A stretch of 32,000 nt of DNA from Candidatus Saccharimonadota bacterium (GTDB lineage Bacteria > Patescibacteriota > Saccharimonadia > Saccharimonadales > UBA4665), in contig CP025011.1 in NCBI GenBank assembly GCA_002952755.1, positions 900,001 through 932,000 of the forward strand, in the 5' to 3' direction. The notes beneath the pieces are model-generated. The model saw nothing but the letters and a program-made list of their open reading frames with translations. It had not been told where the DNA came from and did not search any database. The translations under genes were made by a program, and so were the position numbers. Positions 5,974 through 14,081 of the stretch are shown here, one piece after another (position 1 is the first letter of the stretch; each line of letters opens with the position of its first letter).

Positions 5974-8910
5974 ATGACGACGAAAAGAATCATCGAACAA
6001 ACCAAGCAGCTGATGGCCATCCCATCCACCGGCGACAACCCTGCAGCCTTACAACAGGCCGTTGATTTTGTGGCCGATCTTGTCGCCAAAGTGCCCAATA
6101 TCACCATCGAGCGATTCGAGCAAAACGGCAAGCCCAGCTTTTTAGCCTACCGTGGTCCAGTGCGCCCTGAGGAATTCGACATCTTACTAAACGGCCATGT
6201 GGACGTGGTGCCTGGCAAACCAGAACAGTTTGTTGCGTACGAAAAAGACGGCAATCTCTATGGTCGCGGTGCGCTGGACATGAAAGGAACTGCGTTGTCG
6301 CTAACGTCGGCCTTTTGCGAGCTGGTTCATGAGGTGCCATACGCTCTAGGATTACAGATTGTCAGCGATGAAGAGGTCGGGGGACACGACGGGGTACGGG
6401 TGCAAATCGAAGACGGTGTTCGTGCCAAATTCGTCGTGATGGGTGAGTATGCCAACGACCGCCATACCATCTACAACGCCGCGCGCGGCTTATGTTGGGT
6501 AGACATTGCTTTTACCGGTAAAACGGCACATGGTGGACACCTGTGGCACGGCAGCAATGCGGTCATCAAAGCCGGCGATTTTGCCGGTGCTGTACTCAAA
6601 CGCTATCCGACGCCAGATAAAGAAACCTGGACTACTACCGCCAGCATCGCCAATCTCTCGACCCCTAACAACACCTACAACAAAGTGCCTGACTCAGCGC
6701 TGCTGAAGATCGACTTCCGCTTTACGCAAGAAGACCCGGTATTTGTCAATCGCGAATCACTAGAAGCATTCATAGCGAGTATCGACCCTGACGCCAAACT
6801 TGTGAATGTCGCCACATTCGAGCCAGCCGTTAACGTAGAGGAGCTGAATCCGTATGTCCAGGGATTGAGCAACGCCATGCGCAAAATCACCAATGAAGAG
6901 CCACATTTCCTGGGCCGCCCGGCGGGAAGCGATGGCCGCCACTTTGCCATGGTCAACTGCGACATCATCGAATATGGATTGTACGGCGGGGGTTCACACA
7001 GCGACCATGAGTATGTAGAACTGGCTTCGTTTGATGAATACCAATCCGTCCTACGCGCCTTTTTAAAGCAGCCCATCCCTGAACGTTTACGACAAGGCGA
7101 CAATGAGCAGAAACCACTCCACGAGCGGCTACTCCGCAAGCTGGTCAGTATGCACACTATAAGTAGTGACCGGAACGCCAACGACCACGCCCTTAACTTC
7201 GTGGAAGACTTTCTGAGCCAACGAGGTATGTATGTCGAACGATTCCAAAAAAACGGTATCGGCTCGATTATCGCTACCACCAAACCTGGCAATAAACAGC
7301 CAGCAGTCCTTCTAAATGCTCATATAGACGTCGTGCCCGGTGCTGAAGAGTCGTTTCACCTCAGACTGGAAGAAGGGCGCTTTATCGGCCGTGGTGTTAT
7401 GGATATGAAGCATGCTGTTGCCGCCTATCTCACGCTGGTCGACAATCTCAAGGACAATCTCGATGATTACGACTTTGGCATCATGATTAACAGCGATGAA
7501 GAAATTGGCGGCGCCAATGGTGCAAAAGCGCTTGTTGAGCTTGGATATTGGCCCAAGGTAGTTATTGTCCCCGATGGTGGCAATAACTGGGATATCGAGA
7601 CGTTCGCCAAAGGCGTGCAATGGATTGAATTGCAGGCTAGCGGCAAAGCCGCCCATGCGTCGCGCCCCTGGGAAGGTGACAGTGCTATCCAGCGATTGCT
7701 ACCGGCCTTGCAGGAAATTCGGACACTGGTATCAGCCGATCCGAAACCACAGGATACAATTCTGTCGATAGGTACAATCACCGGCGGCACTACCGCTAAT
7801 CAAATCCCGGCAGCCGCAACCGCGATGCTGGACATCCGCACTGGCACTGCAGAAGACCACAACGCACTGCCCGGCCGCATCGAAGAGATCTGCCAAAAAT
7901 ACGGCGTTGCTACCACCATTTTAGTGAACGACCCACCATGCGAGACCGACCTTACCGAGCCGCACGTACAGGCCATGGTCGAAATTGTGGAGCAGATTAC
8001 CGGCACAGCGCATGGCACCACCTTTGACTACGCAGTAAATGACGGACGCTTTTTCAGCGCTGCCGGCATTCCCACTATTGTTATCAATCCGGAATGTGGC
8101 AATATCCACAGCGACGAAGAATGGCTGTCGCAGGCTGGTTTTGCACAATTCTGCACCGTTCTGGAGACATATGTACAGCGGATTGCTAAAAACAGCAATA
8201 ACAGGGCATACGATATTGCCCGCCTGGCGAAGCAACTAAATAAATCCAACAAATCTGCCTACGTTTGGTACGCCGCCTACGGTTCGGGTCTATCTAAAGA
8301 AAACTTCATGCACCAAATTCGTGGCGGTCAGCCGGAGGGATCAACTCGGGCATTCGCCGGCTGCAGCGACCAGGCACCACCAAAAAAAGAAACCTTCATT
8401 TCTCTACCATATCCCTTGTATTTTGCCGGTACATGTACGGAGTGGGGCGGGGGGCATATCAATGTCCTGCCCGAGCCCTCCAACACTGCACACACCATCG
8501 CACGCGCTTACCTCATCACCGTAGAACAATTTGAGGAGATTGCTGCCCAGCAAAACGATCGCCTAGTGACGCAACCGCTGCCACTACGAAATGCCATGCA
8601 GCGGGGCCACGTCACCGTAGGCGATGGCAGTGGGCACTATGACGAGCTCTTGTTCTGCGGCACCAAAGACGACATCCCAGTTTTTACCCTCACTGCCGTC
8701 CGCCCCGAGCTACCCTATACCGCACCCACGCCGGTCTACACTAGACTCTTATGCAAGGGCCTATCCGAAAACAAGGATATCGACCAGCAAACGGCTATTG
8801 ATTATATGTTAGCTACTCCAGGTATTTCTGGTAACTATAAAAAGCATGACATCTTACGCTTGTTTGTCGAGGCTAACAAGCAGACAAACCCCGGGACTCA
8901 AACTAAATAG
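5974..8910 (+). CDS. tandem M20-family metallopeptidase (two complete ArgE/DapE/CPG2-like modules) fused to a C-terminal gamma-glutamylcyclotransferase-like (GGCT/AIG2-like) domain
   Basis: Module 1: NGHVDVVP, GRGALDMKG, VSDEEVGG, GGSHSDHEYVEL. Module 2: NAHIDVVP, GRGVMDMKH, NSDEEIGG, GNIHSDEEWL. C-terminal domain from codon 762 (nt 8257): YVWYAAYGSGLSKENF matches the YFAYGSNL-type GGCT N-terminal motif. Confidence 0.8.
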   Translation: MTTKRIIEQTKQLMAIPSTGDNPAALQQAVDFVADLVAKVPNITIERFEQNGKPSFLAYRGPVRPEEFDILLNGHVDVVPGKPEQFVAYEKDGNLYGRGALDMKGTALSLTSAFCELVHEVPYALGLQIVSDEEVGGHDGVRVQIEDGVRAKFVVMGEYANDRHTIYNAARGLCWVDIAFTGKTAHGGHLWHGSNAVIKAGDFAGAVLKRYPTPDKETWTTTASIANLSTPNNTYNKVPDSALLKIDFRFTQEDPVFVNRESLEAFIASIDPDAKLVNVATFEPAVNVEELNPYVQGLSNAMRKITNEEPHFLGRPAGSDGRHFAMVNCDIIEYGLYGGGSHSDHEYVELASFDEYQSVLRAFLKQPIPERLRQGDNEQKPLHERLLRKLVSMHTISSDRNANDHALNFVEDFLSQRGMYVERFQKNGIGSIIATTKPGNKQPAVLLNAHIDVVPGAEESFHLRLEEGRFIGRGVMDMKHAVAAYLTLVDNLKDNLDDYDFGIMINSDEEIGGANGAKALVELGYWPKVVIVPDGGNNWDIETFAKGVQWIELQASGKAAHASRPWEGDSAIQRLLPALQEIRTLVSADPKPQDTILSIGTITGGTTANQIPAAATAMLDIRTGTAEDHNALPGRIEEICQKYGVATTILVNDPPCETDLTEPHVQAMVEIVEQITGTAHGTTFDYAVNDGRFFSAAGIPTIVINPECGNIHSDEEWLSQAGFAQFCTVLETYVQRIAKNSNNRAYDIARLAKQLNKSNKSAYVWYAAYGSGLSKENFMHQIRGGQPEGSTRAFAGCSDQAPPKKETFISLPYPLYFAGTCTEWGGGHINVLPEPSNTAHTIARAYLITVEQFEEIAAQQNDRLVTQPLPLRNAMQRGHVTVGDGSGHYDELLFCGTKDDIPVFTLTAVRPELPYTAPTPVYTRLLCKGLSENKDIDQQTAIDYMLATPGISGNYKKHDILRLFVEANKQTNPGTQTK

Positions 8911-8957
8911 ATGCAAGCTCGTTCTCAACATTCGACACCAGTTACCAGGCAACGCTA

Positions 8958-8986
8958 TTGACGCACGTGTCATGGTCATATAAAAT
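8958..8986 (+). promoter_or_regulatory. sigma70-like promoter TTGACG-N17-TAAAAT for rplJL
   Basis: TTGACG 8958-8963, 17-nt spacer, TAAAAT 8981-8986. This gives a ~178-nt leader before rplJ. Confidence 0.5.
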
Positions 8987-9083
8987 AGTCAGGAACATTA
9001 CCGAAGACCGTAGCTGTTTGCCCAGCAAACCTAAGTATGCTACCGAGGCGATGAAACAGTCTGTAAAGTTGTTTTTGAGCACG

Positions 9084-9121
9084 AAAAACCTTTGGTTTTG
9101 TCCCCAAAGGTTTTTTCTTTT
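9084..9121 (+). terminator. terminator-like hairpin inside the rplJ leader (possible L10-leader attenuator, or the terminator of the upstream gene)
   Basis: aaaaacctttgg (9084-9095) pairs with ccaaaggttttt (9104-9115), followed by tcttt. Located 50 nt upstream of rplJ ATG 9171. Confidence 0.5.
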
Positions 9122-9170
9122 GGGGGAATCCTTAACAATCCTAGGTCGAAGATTAATAACAAGGAACAAT

Positions 9171-9692
9171 ATGGCTTTAAGCAAAGATAAAAAGCATGAA
9201 GTCGTTCGCGAAGTAGCCGAAGCGCTTGCATCGTCAAAAATAACCGTGGTTGCAAGATACCAGGGCACGACGGTAAAAGCACTGCAGCAACTGCGCCGCG
9301 ACGCTCGCGCTGGCGGCACCAAATTACGGGTCGTCAAAAACCGCTTGGTAGTAAAGGCTTTAAGCGAAGTTGACGCCCTCAAAGGCGTCGACGCTAGTGC
9401 ACTCAACGGTCAACTACTCTACGCTTTTAACAGCGAAGATGAGGTAGCTCCCGCACAGGCACTTAATACGTTCGCCAAACTCAACCCAAGCATCGAATTT
9501 GTAGGCGGTATTACCGCACAAGGCACTTTCATCAGTGCCGAAGAAGTAAAAGCATTAGCTGTCTTGCCGAGCAAGGAACAGCTCATTGCGGAAGTGGTGG
9601 CAACGCTGCTCTCACCAGTACACGATGTTACCAATGGCCTTTCGGGCAATTTGCACGCGTTACTGGACGGCATCGAGGCCAAAGCAAGTTAA
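9171..9692 (+). CDS. rplJ: 50S ribosomal protein L10
   Basis: MALSKDKKHEVVREVAEALASSKITVVARYQGTTVKALQQLRRDARAGGTKLRVVKNRL is canonical L10. AAGGAA lies at 9161-9166. The track ORF start at 8958 is a spurious upstream extension. Confidence 0.9.
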   Translation: MALSKDKKHEVVREVAEALASSKITVVARYQGTTVKALQQLRRDARAGGTKLRVVKNRLVVKALSEVDALKGVDASALNGQLLYAFNSEDEVAPAQALNTFAKLNPSIEFVGGITAQGTFISAEEVKALAVLPSKEQLIAEVVATLLSPVHDVTNGLSGNLHALLDGIEAKAS

Positions 9693-9713
9693 TTTTGAAA
9701 GGAATCTAGCGAC

Positions 9714-10091
9714 ATGGCTGATTTAAAGAAATTTGCAGAACAGCTCGTTGGTTTGACTGTTCTCGAAGTAAACGAACTCAAGACCATCCTCAAGGATGAA
9801 TACGGCATCGAGCCAGCTGCTGCAGCTGTTGCCGTTGCTGCTGGTCCTGCTGCTGAAGCTGGTCCTGCTGCTGACGAAAAGGCTGAATGGGACGTTGTCC
9901 TGAAGGACGCTGGCGCTCAGAAGGTAGCCGTTATTAAGGCTGTTAAGGAAATCACTTCCCTCGGTCTTGGCGAAGCCAAGGCGTTGGTTGATGGTGCTCC
10001 TAAGACTATCCTCGAGAAGGCCAAGAAAGAAGACGCTGAGGCTGCCAAGAAAGCTTTGGAAGAAGCTGGCGCCGTTGTCGAACTAGCTTAA
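9714..10091 (+). CDS. rplL: 50S ribosomal protein L7/L12
   Basis: N-terminal dimerisation helix, an Ala/Pro hinge, and a C-terminal domain with [32 protein letters not shown]. Confidence 0.95.
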   Translation: MADLKKFAEQLVGLTVLEVNELKTILKDEYGIEPAAAAVAVAAGPAAEAGPAADEKAEWDVVLKDAGAQKVAVIKAVKEITSLGLGEAKALVDGAPKTILEKAKKEDAEAAKKALEEAGAVVELA

Positions 10092-10106
10092 GACTTTTCG
10101 ACCATC

Positions 10107-10144
10107 AAAAACCGCCCGCGTATTTACGGGGGCGGTTTTATTTA
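10107..10144 (+). terminator. intrinsic terminator after rplL
   Basis: accgccc (10111-10117) pairs with gggcggt (10130-10136), followed by tttatttat. Confidence 0.75.
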
Positions 10145-10245
10145 TCCACAACTACCAACAGGCTTTTTGACTTGACTTAAGACTCATGATAGTCTTAGGT
10201 GTAAGTGTAACAAACAAACACTTGTTGAGAGACTAACGAGACAAC

Positions 10246-10755
10246 ATGGCAGACGTAGCAGACAAACAGATCAAACGCCTGAGAGCCTTGATTCAGGAAG
10301 CAGAAACAAACTTAGCAGCCGCCAACGAGCTGCTTATTAGCCTTGTAGGGGACGACGAGAGGGTGGCACCTGTCGTACAAGAAGATAATCTTGGCAAAAT
10401 CATCGAGGGGGTTTTTGACGGCCAAAATATGGTCGGCAGCGACGGCAAGACCTACCCGATTCCTGCCAACTACGCCAGCAAATCCAAGCTGGTTCAAGGC
10501 GATATCCTCAAGCTGACCATTGCGGACGATGGCACCTTCTTATACAAGCAAATCGGCCCCATCCCGCGCAAACAAGTAGTGGGTATGCTCAAGCTCGAAA
10601 ATGGCCACTACTTTGTAGACGTAAACGGCCGCGACTTCCGCGTCCTACTCGCCAGCGTAACCTACTTTAAGGCCAAACCTGGTGACCAAGTAAGCGTCAA
10701 TCTCCCCGAGGACGATACTACCACCGAGTGGGCCGCGCTTGAAGCAGCGCTCTAA
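10246..10755 (+). CDS. hypothetical protein (169 aa) with an N-terminal coiled-coil-like helix and two similar beta-rich modules
   Basis: Clean ORF bounded by terminators on both sides. Both modules end in a GD-x-hydrophobic strand (LVQGDILKLTI and AKPGDQVSVNL). No family recognised. Confidence 0.7.
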   Translation: MADVADKQIKRLRALIQEAETNLAAANELLISLVGDDERVAPVVQEDNLGKIIEGVFDGQNMVGSDGKTYPIPANYASKSKLVQGDILKLTIADDGTFLYKQIGPIPRKQVVGMLKLENGHYFVDVNGRDFRVLLASVTYFKAKPGDQVSVNLPEDDTTTEWAALEAAL

Positions 10756-10780
10756 TGTGGATAGGCGCTGTCTAGGCGTA

Positions 10781-10806
10781 AAAGCGGCCGCACGGCCGCT
10801 TTTTTG
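10781..10806 (+). terminator. intrinsic terminator
   Basis: agcggcc (10783-10789) pairs with ggccgct (10794-10800), loop gcac, then tttttt. Confidence 0.75.
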
Positions 10807-10914
10807 GTCGCTACATGGTTGACAGGCAGAAACAACAACAACTTTTCAAGGCCCGCTCTGCTAGAATAAAAGCATGAGTGAGAGGGAAGCACTTGGTTTC
10901 AAGGTGGCTGCGTA

Positions 10915-12492
10915 ATGGGGCAAGCGTTATATCGCGCCTACCGGCCGAAATCGTTGTCCGAAGTTTCCGGGCAAGAGCCCATTACGACCGCCTTAAGTCG
11001 TTCATTGCAAAACGGCACTATTAGTCATGCGTATTTGTTTACTGGCATACGGGGCACGGGCAAGACCTCTATTGCGCGTATCTTTGCGCATGAGATAAAT
11101 GGTCTGCCTTACGAAGATGAATCGACTCATCTAGACATTATTGAAATCGACGCCGCCTCTAACCGCCGGATCGATGAAATCCGCGACTTGCGCGATAAGG
11201 TGCATATCGCCCCAACCAGCGCCAAATATAAAGTGTATATCATCGACGAAGTGCATATGCTGACCCGTGAAGCTTTTAATGCGCTGCTCAAGACACTCGA
11301 GGAGCCGCCAGCTCATGTGGTCTTCATCTTAGCCACTACCGAGGTGCACAAGCTGCCCGAAACGATTATCAGCCGGACGCAGCGTTTTGCCTTCAAGCCC
11401 TACGACCTTTCCACGGTAACCGCTCACTTAAAATTTATTGCCGAGCAGGAAAAGATCACCATTACCGATGAGGCGCTCGAACTTATTGCTGAGCATGGTG
11501 AAGGCAGCTTTAGAGATAGTATCAGTTTGCTCGACCAGGTGCGCAATACTGGCGAAAAGATTACGCTCGCGGACGTACAAACAGTGCTGGGCATCGCCCC
11601 CAAAGAACTCATCGCACAAATAATCCAAGCGCTCAGTAGCCATGACCCTGTTGCGCTATCTAAAGGTTTGACGGCACTCAGTGATGGTGGTCACGAAGCT
11701 TCGCAGGCGGCCAAGCAGCTGGGCACAGCGCTCCGCGAAAGCCTGCTGGCAGGCAAATCTGCACTCGGGCACGATATCCTTATGCAGCTGCTACCCCGGC
11801 TTATCGAAGTGCCCGGTTCGGCAGACCCGAAGAGCTATCTGGAGGTAGCATTGCTCGACGCCGCACTCAGCGACGCTGGAGCCAAAATTACGCCCACAAA
11901 AGTAATGCACGAGGCCGTGCAAGCCAAGCCCGCCGTACAGGTCGAACCACATCCCAGCACCTTCCGTAAAACTGAGCATCACATCCCAAAGTCGCCAACA
12001 GATACGCCAGCTAAAAAAGGAACTGCAGCCCCCCTCCTAGAGTCAGTAGACAGTCCGGCTTCTATTCCCAGCGATTCTGCTATAACGCTCGACGCCAGCG
12101 TCTGGCCCACCATCCTCGCAGCCGTCAAAGCTAAGCACAACACGCTATACAGTATTGTCCGCGCAACCAGTCCTGCATTTACGCCAGGCAATCTGACGCT
12201 TACCTGCGGCTTCGCCTTCCATCAAAAACGCCTGAATGAAAAACGCAATAAACAAATGCTCGGTGAGCTTATCCAACAAACAACTGGCGAGAATCTCCAA
12301 ATTACTTGCGTGGTGGGCGAAGTTGGGCCGCTGCCCGAGCCCACCGGCCCGCCACCCTTGCCGCCCGCCGATCAAGAAGTATCACATAGTGTTACTCGTA
12401 CGCCCGCAGCGACACCGCCGCCGGCCGCCCAAAACGAGGCTATTACTGCCATAAGCAATATTTTTGGCGGCGCCGAAGTGTTAGAATCGTAA
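10915..12492 (+). CDS. dnaX: DNA polymerase III subunit gamma/tau
   Basis: GIRGTGKTS (Walker A), IIDEVHMLT (Walker B), SRTQRF, and a Pro-rich C-terminal region. AAGGTGG lies 7 nt upstream of the ATG. Confidence 0.9.
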   Translation: MGQALYRAYRPKSLSEVSGQEPITTALSRSLQNGTISHAYLFTGIRGTGKTSIARIFAHEINGLPYEDESTHLDIIEIDAASNRRIDEIRDLRDKVHIAPTSAKYKVYIIDEVHMLTREAFNALLKTLEEPPAHVVFILATTEVHKLPETIISRTQRFAFKPYDLSTVTAHLKFIAEQEKITITDEALELIAEHGEGSFRDSISLLDQVRNTGEKITLADVQTVLGIAPKELIAQIIQALSSHDPVALSKGLTALSDGGHEASQAAKQLGTALRESLLAGKSALGHDILMQLLPRLIEVPGSADPKSYLEVALLDAALSDAGAKITPTKVMHEAVQAKPAVQVEPHPSTFRKTEHHIPKSPTDTPAKKGTAAPLLESVDSPASIPSDSAITLDASVWPTILAAVKAKHNTLYSIVRATSPAFTPGNLTLTCGFAFHQKRLNEKRNKQMLGELIQQTTGENLQITCVVGEVGPLPEPTGPPPLPPADQEVSHSVTRTPAATPPPAAQNEAITAISNIFGGAEVLES

Positions 12493-12501
12493 AACACAGA
12501 G

Positions 12502-13860
12502 ATGGAACCCGGGAGCGCTAATCCACAACCGCACAACCTAGAGGCCGAAGCGAGTCTGCTTGGGGCTTTGCTTATTGATACCGATGCCCTGATCAAGATT
12601 GCCGATAAAGTACACGCCGACGATTTTTACGATCAGCGCCATAGCCGTATTTACGAAGCGATTATCACATTGTACGAACGCCGCAGTCCAGTAGACGTCC
12701 TTACACTAGCCGATCAACTCAAAGGCACTGGCTTCTTAGACATGATTGGCGGCCCAGCCTACCTAACCGAACTCACCAACTTCGTTCCCACCGCCTCACA
12801 CGTCGAACAGTACGCCGATATCGTCGCTCAGAAAGCCTTGCGGCGCCGCCTCATTAAGGCTAGCAAAGAGATGGCCGAGTTAGGGTACGACGAATCAAAG
12901 CAACTAAAAGAACTCATCGAAGAGGCCGAGCAGCGATTATTTTTGGTCAGCGAGAATAATGTTAAGCAAACCGTCGTCTCACTGGAAACCATTTTGGAAG
13001 AGAGTTTCGACCGCCTCGACAGCCTCCACAAAGATAAGGGCAGGATCCGGGGTGTCACCAGTGGTTTTAAAGATTTAGACGACGTGCTGGCTGGCTTCCA
13101 GCGTTCCGACCTCATCATCCTCGCTGCGCGTCCGGCTATGGGTAAAACTGCGCTGGTACTCAATTTTGCCCATAACGTCGCGCTTCAAGCCAAAGAACCG
13201 GTCCTATTCGTCTCGCTTGAGATGAGCAAGGAGCAGTTAGTAGACCGCTTGCTCAGTATGGAGTCGGGCGTTGACGCCTGGGCGCTGCGCACGGGCAATC
13301 TGACCGATCAAGACTTCGAGAAGATTGGCCAGGCCATGGGCACGCTCAGCGAGGCGAAGATCTTCATCGATGATACGCCCGGCATTACCATCAGCGACCT
13401 CCGCACCAAAGCGCGTAGAGAAGCACACCAGCACGGCCTTGGTTTGATTATCGTCGATTACTTGCAGCTCATGAGTGGCGGCAGTCGGTTTGGCAGTAGC
13501 GATAATCGCGTACAAGAAATTTCCGAAATTTCCCGTGGCCTAAAGGTGATCGCCCGTGAGCTGAATGTACCAATTATTGCACTCAGCCAACTGAGTCGCT
13601 CGGTCGAAAATCGTAACCCACAGATTCCGCAGCTGGCCGATCTCCGCGAATCCGGATCTATCGAGCAAGACGCCGACGTTGTGGCCTTTATTTACCGCGA
13701 AGAATATTACAATCCCGAAACCGAGAACAAGCACATTACGACGATTCTTATCAAAAAGCACCGCAATGGCCCAACTGGCAATGTCGACCTCTACTTCGAG
13801 AACGAAAAACAGCGATTCAGAAGCCTTGACAGCAAGCACCATGATCCATTCCCAGAATAG
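12502..13860 (+). CDS. dnaB: replicative DNA helicase DnaB
   Basis: PHNLEAEASLLGALL N-terminus, ARPAMGKTA (Walker A), IIVDYLQLM, and SQLSRSVENR. Confidence 0.95.
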   Translation: MEPGSANPQPHNLEAEASLLGALLIDTDALIKIADKVHADDFYDQRHSRIYEAIITLYERRSPVDVLTLADQLKGTGFLDMIGGPAYLTELTNFVPTASHVEQYADIVAQKALRRRLIKASKEMAELGYDESKQLKELIEEAEQRLFLVSENNVKQTVVSLETILEESFDRLDSLHKDKGRIRGVTSGFKDLDDVLAGFQRSDLIILAARPAMGKTALVLNFAHNVALQAKEPVLFVSLEMSKEQLVDRLLSMESGVDAWALRTGNLTDQDFEKIGQAMGTLSEAKIFIDDTPGITISDLRTKARREAHQHGLGLIIVDYLQLMSGGSRFGSSDNRVQEISEISRGLKVIARELNVPIIALSQLSRSVENRNPQIPQLADLRESGSIEQDADVVAFIYREEYYNPETENKHITTILIKKHRNGPTGNVDLYFENEKQRFRSLDSKHHDPFPE

Positions 13861-14081
13861 AAAAGTTGATTTCCTTCTACTTGTCATTTCGCCGTGAAAT
13901 ATCCGACGAGCTCAGTGGGTGCGCTTGTCGCCAACGCACAACAGCAGCTCAGGGTGACTAAAAATGATAAAACACGAGGTAACTTTAGAGCTAACCACCT
14001 GAGCACCTACTTGTAGGACAAGACTTGTCAGCATTATGGGTCTAAGTGTACCATTACTACAAGCTAACGTGAGGAGTACCG

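Noticed and set aside
5814-6131. 83-aa ORFs 5814-6065 (plus) and 5880-6131 (minus) spanning the peptidase upstream region
   Set aside because: They run through a promoter, a terminator hairpin and the start of the well-supported M20 gene in other frames. There is no coding signal.
6675-7292. 205-aa antisense ORF inside the M20 gene. Similar long antisense ORFs occur at 1959-2411, 14132-14557, 19154-19594, 24197-24841, 26828-27337, 28664-29119 and 30779-31357.
   Set aside because: All lie opposite genes with strong motif support, are Ser/Arg/Leu/Cys-rich and lack ribosome-binding sites. They are typical shadow ORFs.
8942-9170. Track ORFs covering the rplJ upstream region (8958 plus-strand extension and the 8942-9406 minus-strand ORF)
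   Set aside because: L10 homology begins at ATG 9171, which has an AAGGAA site. The upstream part contains a promoter and terminator hairpin. The minus-strand ORF is an antisense shadow.
9840-9874. 17-nt direct repeat gctggtcctgctgctga x2 in rplL
   Set aside because: It encodes the duplicated [12 protein letters not shown] units of the flexible Ala/Pro hinge of L7/L12, which is ordinary low-complexity coding sequence.
10800-10914. Possible SRP (4.5S) RNA upstream of dnaX, a common location, because of gtgagagggaagcac
   Set aside because: The conserved GGUCC-GNRA-GGAAGCAGC helix-8 motif cannot be built, since the 5' strand is missing and the pairing is poor.
12013-12019. A6G run in dnaX as a programmed -1 frameshift site (gamma versus tau)
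   Set aside because: The zero frame is GCT AAA AAA GGA rather than A AAA AAG. The -1 frame stays open for ~45 codons rather than terminating soon after. No downstream stem-loop is seen.
13861-14081. 221-nt spacer before murD with repeats agctcag(t)gggtg (13909-13921, 13946-13956) and hairpins. The first repeat resembles a tRNA D-arm.
   Set aside because: No cloverleaf can be completed, there is no T-loop, and there is no terminator or clear promoter. Too weak to call anything beyond an untranslated leader.
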